Part shown: one piece after another, positions 17,311-25,255 of the stretch
Layout: each line of letters begins with the position of its first letter
Position numbering within the stretch: the stretch's first letter is position 1
Origin: Candidatus Zambryskiibacteriota bacterium
GTDB taxonomy: Bacteria; Patescibacteriota; Minisyncoccia; Phycocordibacterales; WO2-35-19
Direction of reading: 5' to 3'
DNA length: 64,000 bases
Assembly: GCA_043799105.1 (NCBI GenBank)
Contig: JAZDOB010000012.1
Coordinates: 1,620-65,619 of the forward strand
The notes under the pieces: generated by a model
What the model was told of the DNA's origin: nothing
Database searches by the model: none
Seen by the model: the letters and a program-made list of their open reading frames with translations, nothing else
Program-made: the position numbers and the translations under genes

Positions 17311-19724
17311 CTTTCAAAAAACTTAAAGAAATATCACAACCTCATTTTTTTTGTCTCGGTCTAGACAGGTTTTTCCCCAAAACTTTACGCAGTATTTTGA
17401 GGAAGGGTTCAGCCATGGCTTCTCTTATAGCTTTCGCTTTTTCTTTTGATACTTTGCCACTTTATTTGGGGTTTGCGGACGGCTTGTTTTTCTTTTTCAT
17501 TTTTATCTATCTCGCACTTTCTTTTTTGGAATTTTTCTACAAATCAAACAAAAGCGATGGTCTTCAGGTTAGAATCAACGAAAAATTTTTGAATAAAAGT
17601 AAAAATATTGATTATGCTCTCTCTTGTATTTTATATGTGACCGATGAGATAGATGTCGCCAGAGCGTTTTTTGAAGCCAGTGTGGGAGTGGAAATTTTGA
17701 TGAGATCGGGCATTGCTCCTGCCGATTTGAAGCATTTTATCTATTCCGAAAGGACGTCTACCATAGCTTCTTCGTTAAATTTGGGAAATGACTCCTTTGA
17801 TTTGGTTCAATACGCTGGTATCGTCTACGACGCCGACAAATCTTTGCGGGCTTTTCTTTCTCAAAATTCCGTGAGTCGGGAAGAGTTTATGGGGACGGTA
17901 AATTGGGTTATGAATATGGAAAACCAAAAACTTCGCAAAGAACGATTTTGGAGCCGAGAAAATCTGGGAGCCATACCTTCCATCGGTACTAGCTGGTCAT
18001 ATGGAATGGCCTCCGACTTGGGCAAATATGGCATTCCTTTTGAAAATTCCGTCAATGTTTCTTCGCTTGATGTTGAAAACGGCTATCGCAAAAGGGAAGT
18101 GACAGCTTTGGAAGGCATCTTGGAAAGACAGGAAGAGGCTAACGTTATAATCATTGATGACAATGAAGCGGTGGCAAGAGATATCGTGGGGAGGTTCTTA
18201 AAAAAGATTAAATTGGGTATTGCCCCGCCTTCTTTGGAACATAAAAATATAATTGAATTGGACTGGAATGCTCTTTTGGCTTCTTACAAAAACAAAAGCG
18301 AGCTTGAGGGGGAACTTCTCAAGATTTTGAACCAATCGCTTTCGGCTGGCAATGTCGTTGTCTTCATAAGAGATTTGTCGGCACTTGTTTCAAACGTTAA
18401 AACTTTGGGGATCAATTTGCCGTCGCTTCTGTCTCCTTATCTTTCTTCCGGAGATCTGCCCATTATCGCTTCGGCTACCAATCCCGATTTTCATTTCTTC
18501 ATCGAAACCAGTCCGGCTCTTTTGGAAAAATTTGAGAGAATTATTCCTGACTCGGCCGGAGCGGAAGCGTCAATGGGAATTCTCTTGGAGCAAGTACCTT
18601 CTATGGAAAGACAGTATGGAATCTTATTTTCCTTTCCGGCTGTTTTGGCCCTGGCAAACAATGCTGACCGTTTTATTACTTATGGAGAAATGCCCGGTAA
18701 AGCTCTTGATATGCTCATAGAAATAGTGCCTTGGGCTACCAAAAGAAAGATAGCCATCTTAAAAGAGAATGACGTTTCAACTTTTGTGTCGGAAAAAACC
18801 GGCATTACTACCGGAGCCATCAAAGAGCAGGAAGCGAATAAAATAGAACACTTGGAGGAACTTCTTCATAAAAGAATAATCGGTCAAAACGAAGCAGTAA
18901 GTGGCATAGCCAACGCTATTAGAAGAGCGCGTTCCGGTATAAGCAACCCGAAACGACCACTTTCTTCCTTCCTGTTTATCGGTCCAACCGGAGTGGGTAA
19001 GACCGAAGTTTCTAAAACTTTGGCTGAAAGTTTTTTTGGTGATGAAAAAAAGATGATTCGTTTTGATATGTCCGAATATAACGGACCGGAAGCTATCGCG
19101 GAACTCATTGGAGATTTTGCTGAGAACAGAAGCGGTCTCTTGGCGAGCAAGGTTAGAGACAATCCTTACAGTGTTCTCCTTTTGGATGAATTTGAAAAAG
19201 CTGCGCCGGATGTTTTGGATTTGTTTTTGCAAATTTTAGACGAAGGTATTTTCACCGATGCCCTGGGTCACCAAGTGAGTTGTCGCAACCTGATAATTAT
19301 TGCCACCTCCAACGCGGGCAGTTCTATCATCTGGGAGATTGTAAAGTCGGGCAAGGAGCTTGCCAAATCAAAGAGTGTCATTATAGATGCCATTATCAGA
19401 GACAAAACCTTCCGGCCGGAGCTTTTGAATCGTTTTGACGGTGTCATACTCTTTCATCCTTTGATAAACAAAGAGCTTGAAGATATTGCAAAACTTGAAC
19501 TTGAAAAATTAGCAAAAAGACTCAAAGAGCAAAATGTTGAACTGGTCATAAACGAAGAGGTTATAAACTTTTTGGTGGAAAAGGGAAGCGACCCGCAATT
19601 TGGCGGTCGTTCCATAAACCGCGCCATTCAAGATAAAATTGAAAACATTATTGCCAGCAAGATTGTGAGTGGGGAAGCGGGGCCTGGCTCCAGAATTGAA
19701 ATCAAAAGGGAAGAATTAATGTGA
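17307..19724 (+). CDS. membrane-anchored Clp/Hsp100-family AAA+ ATPase with degenerate first nucleotide-binding domain
   Basis: The D2 module is intact (IIGQNEAVSGIANAIRRARSG..FLFIGPTGVGKTEVSK..VLLLDEFEKA). At the D1 position the Walker A site reads IIIDDNEAVARDIVGRF. N-terminal hydrophobic helices are present. Confidence 0.8.
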   Translation: MTFKKLKEISQPHFFCLGLDRFFPKTLRSILRKGSAMASLIAFAFSFDTLPLYLGFADGLFFFFIFIYLALSFLEFFYKSNKSDGLQVRINEKFLNKSKNIDYALSCILYVTDEIDVARAFFEASVGVEILMRSGIAPADLKHFIYSERTSTIASSLNLGNDSFDLVQYAGIVYDADKSLRAFLSQNSVSREEFMGTVNWVMNMENQKLRKERFWSRENLGAIPSIGTSWSYGMASDLGKYGIPFENSVNVSSLDVENGYRKREVTALEGILERQEEANVIIIDDNEAVARDIVGRFLKKIKLGIAPPSLEHKNIIELDWNALLASYKNKSELEGELLKILNQSLSAGNVVVFIRDLSALVSNVKTLGINLPSLLSPYLSSGDLPIIASATNPDFHFFIETSPALLEKFERIIPDSAGAEASMGILLEQVPSMERQYGILFSFPAVLALANNADRFITYGEMPGKALDMLIEIVPWATKRKIAILKENDVSTFVSEKTGITTGAIKEQEANKIEHLEELLHKRIIGQNEAVSGIANAIRRARSGISNPKRPLSSFLFIGPTGVGKTEVSKTLAESFFGDEKKMIRFDMSEYNGPEAIAELIGDFAENRSGLLASKVRDNPYSVLLLDEFEKAAPDVLDLFLQILDEGIFTDALGHQVSCRNLIIIATSNAGSSIIWEIVKSGKELAKSKSVIIDAIIRDKTFRPELLNRFDGVILFHPLINKELEDIAKLELEKLAKRLKEQNVELVINEEVINFLVEKGSDPQFGGRSINRAIQDKIENIIASKIVSGEAGPGSRIEIKREELM

Positions 19725-19742
19725 TAGAATGACGGGATGAAT

Positions 19743-19845
19743 CCCGTTAGAAGTCACGGAAATCAAAAGCGGGATTGTTTATAAGTTATCTAATGTGAGT
19801 AAGAAATTGCAAACTAGGGTAATGAGATTTCCTACTTCTAACGGG
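19743..19845 (+). promoter_or_regulatory. Leader inverted repeat cccgttagaagt ... acttctaacggg ending at the dus ATG
   Basis: 12-nt perfect arms at 19743..19754 and 19834..19845. An inner alternative pair aatcccg/cgggatt is present. Same motif as 47478..47538. Confidence 0.6.
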
Positions 19846-21048
19846 ATGAATTTTTGGGAAAAGATGAAACAACCCCTCGACTCCGCTCGGGGTAAACCGA
19901 TACTTTGTTTGGCGCCGATGGCCGATGTTACCGACGCGGCTTTCAGATTTATTATCGCTAAAGTGTCAAAAGAAAAGCCAGAGGCGGACTTTCTGGCCCC
20001 ATCTTCAAAGTCCGCCTTTGGCTTTTCTGACACTTATGTTACCTACACGGAATTTGTTTCAGCTGATGGATTGGTTTTAGCACCGGAAAAAGGCAGGAAA
20101 AAACTTTTAAAAGATTTGGAATATGACGAAATTGAGAGGCCAATAGTGGCGCAGTTTTTTACAAATAAACCGGAAATGATGGAAAAAGCAGCGGCTTTGG
20201 CAGTAGAACTAGGCTTTGACGGAGTAGATATAAATATGGGCTGTCCCGACAAGAGCATTGAAAAACAGGGTGCAGGCGCTACTCTTATGAAAAATCTGCC
20301 CCTAGCTCGCGAGCTTATCAAAGCCGCAAAGCTGGGGGCATCCCGCGGAGCTTTAGCGAAGTGGAGCAGTATAAGCAAAGCCATTCCGGTCTCTGTCAAA
20401 ACTCGGCTTGGTTATAACAAGGACGAACTTGAAACTTGGTTGCCGGAATTGCTAGCTGAAAATCCGGCAGCCATTATCATTCACGCTCGTACCCGCAAGG
20501 AAATGTCCAAGGTGCCAGCCAGATGGGAGAGGATAAAGAGAGCAGTTGAGATAAGAGACGAGATTCAGACCTCACCCCTTACCCCTCTCCTAGCCTTAGG
20601 AGAGGGGAACCATCGTTCATATCCCGATAATTCTGATTCCTCTCTTTTTCCCTCCCCTGATCAAGGGGAGGGCCACACGAAGTGGGGGGTGGGGTTCAGA
20701 ACTTTAATCATAGGCAACGGGGATGTTTTCAACGTTGAGGACGCAAGGAGAAAGTGCGAAGAAAGCGGAGCCGATGGAGCAATGCTTGGACGAGCGATTT
20801 TTGGCAACCCGTGGCTTTTTGCTGATTATGAACCGACTGCGGAGGAAAGATTAAGGGTTTTGATAGAACACACTAAATTATTTGAAGAAAAATTTGCTGT
20901 AATAAAAAATTTTGCTGTTATGAAAAAACATTTTAAGGAATATCTAAAAGATCCAGAGCTAAGAGATTTGCGCTATAAACTTATGAGAACCAAAAGTGCA
21001 AAAGAAGCGGAAGAAACGATTAAAAACTATTTTCAAGCTTATTCTTAA
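19846..21048 (+). CDS. dus: tRNA-dihydrouridine synthase
   Basis: LCLAPMADVTDAAFR, DGVDINMGCP and VSVKTRLG. I moved the start to MNFWEK because the track start lies inside the leader hairpin. Two in-frame repeat insertions. Confidence 0.85.
   Translation: MNFWEKMKQPLDSARGKPILCLAPMADVTDAAFRFIIAKVSKEKPEADFLAPSSKSAFGFSDTYVTYTEFVSADGLVLAPEKGRKKLLKDLEYDEIERPIVAQFFTNKPEMMEKAAALAVELGFDGVDINMGCPDKSIEKQGAGATLMKNLPLARELIKAAKLGASRGALAKWSSISKAIPVSVKTRLGYNKDELETWLPELLAENPAAIIIHARTRKEMSKVPARWERIKRAVEIRDEIQTSPLTPLLALGEGNHRSYPDNSDSSLFPSPDQGEGHTKWGVGFRTLIIGNGDVFNVEDARRKCEESGADGAMLGRAIFGNPWLFADYEPTAEERLRVLIEHTKLFEEKFAVIKNFAVMKKHFKEYLKDPELRDLRYKLMRTKSAKEAEETIKNYFQAYS
20569..20696. repeat. Family A palindromic element (two hairpins), in frame inside dus
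   Basis: Outer arms cctcacccc/ggggtgggg. Hairpins cccctctcc..ggagagggg and ccctcccct..aggggaggg. Encodes TSPLTPLLALGEGNHRSYPDNSDSSLFPSPDQGEGHTKWGVGF. Confidence 0.8.
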
Positions 21049-21580
21049 ACCATTCGAAACAGAGCAAAAGTTTATGTAATTTTGTGCCGATAAATAGCCA
21101 GATTAAACCAATCGCGTATCCAGCCAGCACATCCGAAAGATAGTGTACTCCCAGATATAGACGGCTTACTCCCACTAAGATAATCAGGGCGAAAAGAAAA
21201 ACCATAAAAGGTTTTTTGAGATAATGCCTGTCATGCTTCCAAATTATGTACAGAAAAAAACCGTACAAAGCCATAACCATAGTGGCACGACCGCTGGGGA
21301 AAGAGGATCCCGTCTCCAAATAAACGGCTTCGACAATAGGTCTGGCTCTATAAAAAACATGTTTGATTATGTAAGCCGTTGCGGCGCTGCCGCCAACCGT
21401 TACCAATAAAGGAAAAATTCTCGCAAGATGTTTGTGGAAATAAAAAGAAATCGCTGAAATAAAGGTTAATCCTCCTACCAACATGTAACTGCCGGAATAT
21501 GTAATCACCATCATAAAAAATGTAAGCCACTCCGCCCTGCTATTTACGAAAAAATTCAAGACGGTTTGATCTAAGGTCAT
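21020..21580 (-). CDS. PAP2-family phosphatase (undecaprenyl-diphosphatase-like)
   Basis: PAP2 motifs KHVFYRARP, PSGRAT and SRLYLGVHYLSDV. Multi-TM protein. Confidence 0.8.
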   Translation of the reverse strand: MTLDQTVLNFFVNSRAEWLTFFMMVITYSGSYMLVGGLTFISAISFYFHKHLARIFPLLVTVGGSAATAYIIKHVFYRARPIVEAVYLETGSSFPSGRATMVMALYGFFLYIIWKHDRHYLKKPFMVFLFALIILVGVSRLYLGVHYLSDVLAGYAIGLIWLFIGTKLHKLLLCFEWFKNKLENSF

Positions 21581-21605
21581 GGGAATAATTATATCATACC
21601 TTAAT

Positions 21606-21726
21606 AACCCACCCCTTTCCCCTCCCTTACCTTAAGGGAGGAGTATCTTACATTTAGTACTTACCATTTGACTCGGGTTGTAGTTACCCTCTCCTTAAAG
21701 TAAGGAGAGGGATAGGGAGAGGTTAG
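21606..21726. repeat. Family A palindromic element, intergenic
   Basis: Hairpins cctccctta-cc-ttaagggagg and ccctctcctta-aag-taaggagaggg. Structurally parallel to 32109..32231. Confidence 0.8.
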
Positions 21727-21748
21727 AGTATGCTAGTATAATAAAATT

Positions 21749-22480
21749 ATGGACGGCATAATGCGCTGTAGCAGATATTCTTTTGGGCCAAACCGCCTGC
21801 ATTATTGCGGGCCGGATGCCAACAAAGAATTGCACGATTTGATTGAAAGTGGAGAGAGTGATATTGGTTTATCTGTTTTGTTAAAACAATTCAAAACTCT
21901 TTTCCCTTATCTGCGATACATAGCCAAAGCAAATAATATTTCTGACCCTTTTGACGCGCGGGTGGTTGAAGCTTATTGGCTTGGCAATAGACTTTTGGAA
22001 AACATAGAAAGAAATACTCTATATAGTTTTTTGGTTGACGATCTAAAAGTTAAAGATAAACTGAAGAGCAAAGAGTTTTCTTGGCTGGAGGAGAAAATAA
22101 AGCAAGGAGCGGTGCCACATCATTCTTTTCATATATTAAATGTGTGGCTACAAGATGGTCACGGTGACGGTCTGGAAGCTCTGACGAGAATGGATGAATG
22201 TAGAATTTCCAGCGGGATAGTCACGGCCGTGAAAGGCCCTGAGATAATAGTTTCAACCGAGCCCCTCATATACACGGCTGGTAAATTTGCTCTCGGTGAG
22301 ACGGCCCAGAGAGCCCTAACGAGGCAACTAGAGGCCGAATACGATATAGAGCAGATAAAACCAGGCCAAATTGTCTCAATCCACTGGAGTGTGCCGTGCG
22401 AAGTCATCACTCAAAAACAGGCCGAAACTTTACGCAAATACACCCTAAAAAACATCGCTTTTGCCAATTTAACGATTTAA
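21749..22480 (+). CDS. conserved hypothetical protein with C-terminal HypC/HupF-like domain (inferred)
   Basis: The C-terminus ECRISSGIVTAV...IKPGQIVSIHWSVPCEVITQKQAETL parallels HypC (MCIGVPGQI...GQWVLVHVGFAMSVI). The roughly 150-aa N-terminal domain is unassigned. Confidence 0.45.
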   Translation: MDGIMRCSRYSFGPNRLHYCGPDANKELHDLIESGESDIGLSVLLKQFKTLFPYLRYIAKANNISDPFDARVVEAYWLGNRLLENIERNTLYSFLVDDLKVKDKLKSKEFSWLEEKIKQGAVPHHSFHILNVWLQDGHGDGLEALTRMDECRISSGIVTAVKGPEIIVSTEPLIYTAGKFALGETAQRALTRQLEAEYDIEQIKPGQIVSIHWSVPCEVITQKQAETLRKYTLKNIAFANLTI

Positions 22481-22489
22481 TAAAATAAA

Positions 22490-22861
22490 ATGAAAGTTTT
22501 TGTTTTTGGAAATGAGGATTTAAAGGGGGACAATTTGCCAATAAAAATTTTGCCCAGACTGCAAGATAAATTCCCGGAAATAAAATTTGAAATAAAAGAT
22601 CCAAATGAAGAATGGGAAGTTCCAGAAGAATTAATTATCTTGGACACAGTTGTTGGCATCAAAGATGTGAAAGTTTTTGATAATTTGGAAAAATTTTCAA
22701 AAACACCAAGAGTGGGAATGCATGATTTTGACGCTCTTACTAATCTTCGCTACTTGTGGAAGCTCGGCAAAATAAAAAAAATAAAAATTATAGGAGTACC
22801 AGCTGAAATGAACGAACCAGAAGCGGTTCAAAAAATAATTAAAACTTTAGAAAAACTCTAG
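22490..22861 (+). CDS. hydrogenase maturation endopeptidase (HycI/HoxW-like)
   Basis: MKVFVFGNEDLKGDN (GNxxxGDD-like), ILDTV Asp and GMHDF His match the three metal ligands of hydrogenase maturation proteases. Confidence 0.65.
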   Translation: MKVFVFGNEDLKGDNLPIKILPRLQDKFPEIKFEIKDPNEEWEVPEELIILDTVVGIKDVKVFDNLEKFSKTPRVGMHDFDALTNLRYLWKLGKIKKIKIIGVPAEMNEPEAVQKIIKTLEKL

Positions 22862-22886
22862 AGCGCCTCCTTTCGTCGGCGCCCTA

Positions 22887-23378
22887 CTAAATCCCCTCTC
22901 CTTTTTTTGTTTTTTTCCGCTCCTTCATCACTACTACTCGGCGATGGACCAAAACCTTCTCTCCAACCTTAAGTCCCCGGTGATATGAATTGGAACACGG
23001 AACAGATGATTCCTCGCCAAAAACTACAAAAACAATATTGTTGGTGATGAAATCAACTATGCCGACCCTCACCGCACACTCACTCTCGTGGCCGTGATGG
23101 TATCGCCAGGTCTTATAAACTGTCCCCGACGACCACTCTTTTTTCTCTTTCGCCTTGGACAACGCCAAATGGTTTCTTACTGCATTGGGAAAGTTTTTTC
23201 TCAAAAGAGAAATCTTCGGACTGGTCTTGTTTCGGAGATGTTTTTCCAAGACTTGGAAATCTTTCTCGCTGATTTTGTTAGCGAGCCGCAGGTCTTCCAT
23301 ACAAGGACCGGCAAAACGCAAAAAAAGCAGTAACCCGGACACATACTCTTCTCCGTTTATTTTTCTCGGCATAGACAA
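22887..23378 (-). CDS. hypothetical protein with C-terminal HypC-like domain (inferred), last gene of the hydrogenase operon
   Basis: ECAVRVGIVDFI...LKVGEKVLVHRRVVV follows the same pattern as 21749..22480 and HypC. Confidence 0.4.
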   Translation of the reverse strand: MSMPRKINGEEYVSGLLLFLRFAGPCMEDLRLANKISEKDFQVLEKHLRNKTSPKISLLRKNFPNAVRNHLALSKAKEKKEWSSGTVYKTWRYHHGHESECAVRVGIVDFITNNIVFVVFGEESSVPCSNSYHRGLKVGEKVLVHRRVVVMKERKKTKKGEGI

Positions 23379-23408
23379 GAGCTCCTTTCTTCCAATATAA
23401 CTATACCA

Positions 23409-24758
23409 CTATTCCTCTTTCCATTCAACCTTCAAAAAGTGCGAGGCGCAGGACATGCAGGGATCGTAAGCGCGAATGAACTTTTCAATTTCAAAGCCAA
23501 TCTTGGCTTTGTCCAGCGGCTTGTCCGGCATAGCTTTAGCGGCGTCGGAAGCTTTAGCGGAGTTGGACTTGTCAATTAACTGCTGTACCAACACACCGAT
23601 ATCTCTTTCTATGTTTATCTGATTTTGACCGGTAGGAACCACAACTTCTCCCGACTCTATTTTTCCATCTTTGCCGATAACAATTTTATGATAAAGAGTG
23701 CCGCGTGGCGCTTCGACTACTCCTATGCCGACGGCTCCTTCTTTTTCCTCTCCTTTTATAATTGGTTCGTGGGCAAATTTGTTGTTTGAAAGAATATCGA
23801 TAGACTCGTCTACGCTGTGCAATATTTCAATGGCCTGGGCCAGGTTGTTGTAATAAATATCGGTTGAAGGAAATAGGTTTAAGGCTTCTGTCGCTGATTC
23901 TTTTGTTTTTGAATGCAATTTATCTTTTGACAGATTTATGCGAGCCAGAGCGCCCACCATATAACCCTCGCCCTCGTATTTATATCCCATAGCTTCGGAA
24001 TACGGCACAACCGTGTTTTCAAGATGTGATTTAAAATCTTTTTCTTCGTATCTTTCGCCGGCGCTGGTCACTATGTTGCCGTTTATATAGCCAAAAATAT
24101 CATCCGGCGCCAATGCCATGTATTTTGTTTTTCTATCAAAATGGTCTGGAGCGTTTTTGAAAACTTCTATGAGGCGCAAGACGGCGGGTCTTATATTTTT
24201 TAATTTTTCTATTGCTTCATTTACACCGGCTTCATCTGGAAATTTAAGAAATCCGCCAATGACGGGAAAGGTGGCGTGAACACTTCGGCCGGCAATAAGA
24301 GTTGCCAAAAAGTTTCCTGCTGACTTTACTTCAAAACCATCGTGCAAAAGCTGGTGTTGAATCGGATCGCTTTCATCAAAATCAAGAAAAGCGTCTTTGC
24401 CAAAAATATCGGGCATTGAAAAAAGATAGAGATGAAGAGCATGATCACGGACCATAAGCCCGTGCATGACCAGAGCCCTTAATTTTTTTGTCTGTTCAGA
24501 CGGCTTGATGCCCAGGGCGTTTTCGCAAGCTTCAATACTGCACATAATGTGGGCGTTGGAGCATGTACCGCAAATGCGCGAAAGGTGAGCGGGGATAGAA
24601 TCAATATCTTTGCCTTTCATCGCTTCGGTGAAAAAACGTTTGTATTCGGTGATGGCAAACTTAACATCAGCGACTTTTCCATCAACCACTTTCAAATTTA
24701 ATGTGGCGTTGCCCTCAATTTTTGTAATGTGTTCTAAAGATAAATCAAAACTATGCAT
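23409..24758 (-). CDS. [NiFe]-hydrogenase large subunit (cytosolic group 3-like)
   Basis: N-terminal RICGTCSNAH (RxCGxCxxxH) and C-terminal DPCMSCASH, followed by a 9-aa tail for protease cleavage. Confidence 0.9.
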   Translation of the reverse strand: MHSFDLSLEHITKIEGNATLNLKVVDGKVADVKFAITEYKRFFTEAMKGKDIDSIPAHLSRICGTCSNAHIMCSIEACENALGIKPSEQTKKLRALVMHGLMVRDHALHLYLFSMPDIFGKDAFLDFDESDPIQHQLLHDGFEVKSAGNFLATLIAGRSVHATFPVIGGFLKFPDEAGVNEAIEKLKNIRPAVLRLIEVFKNAPDHFDRKTKYMALAPDDIFGYINGNIVTSAGERYEEKDFKSHLENTVVPYSEAMGYKYEGEGYMVGALARINLSKDKLHSKTKESATEALNLFPSTDIYYNNLAQAIEILHSVDESIDILSNNKFAHEPIIKGEEKEGAVGIGVVEAPRGTLYHKIVIGKDGKIESGEVVVPTGQNQINIERDIGVLVQQLIDKSNSAKASDAAKAMPDKPLDKAKIGFEIEKFIRAYDPCMSCASHFLKVEWKEE

Positions 24759-25233
24759 TTGAGCGTAATTCAGCTACTAATAAATTAACTTTTTCCAAAA
24801 ATACTTCTGGAGTCATAGGACAGCCGGGGATTTCCACGTCTACTTTTATAACATCGGAAACCTTTTTGACTTCAAGAAACATATTAAATTTGGCAACCAA
24901 AAAATCAACACTTTCTTTTTGCTCGGGAGTAAAAGTGTTGCGTTGAGCGGCTGGCAAGCCTGTAATAGCGCAAGCGCCCACAGCCACCACCTTTTTTGAA
25001 ATATTTCTTATTTCTTTTATTTTATTCTCTTGTTCCTGCGATGCCACTGCGCCTTCTATAAAAGCAATATCAAATTCATCAAAAGTATTTTTTGATTTTA
25101 AAACCCTGAAATGGCGAAAATCAAAAATCTTCTTCCATTCCTGCCAGTGGTCGTTCATAATCTCGGTCATCACTATCGTGTTGTCCTCACAACAACTAAA
25201 CGAAAACCACCCGATTTTGATTTTATTTTCCAT
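24751..25233 (-). CDS. [NiFe]-hydrogenase small subunit, minimal (proximal cluster only)
   Basis: The protein is 160 aa. Cys ligands FSCCEDN, GACAITG and PGCP fit the NuoB/HoxY-like 20-kDa family. Confidence 0.8.
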   Translation of the reverse strand: MENKIKIGWFSFSCCEDNTIVMTEIMNDHWQEWKKIFDFRHFRVLKSKNTFDEFDIAFIEGAVASQEQENKIKEIRNISKKVVAVGACAITGLPAAQRNTFTPEQKESVDFLVAKFNMFLEVKKVSDVIKVDVEIPGCPMTPEVFLEKVNLLVAELRSNA

Positions 25234-25255
25234 AAATCCAGTATATCACAGACGT

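Noticed and set aside
19795-19845. The track start of the dus ORF (MSKKLQTRVMRFPTSNG).
   Set aside because: These codons fall inside the 12-bp-armed leader hairpin. The same TTCTAACGGGATG context marks the unambiguous proS start, so I chose the ATG at 19846.
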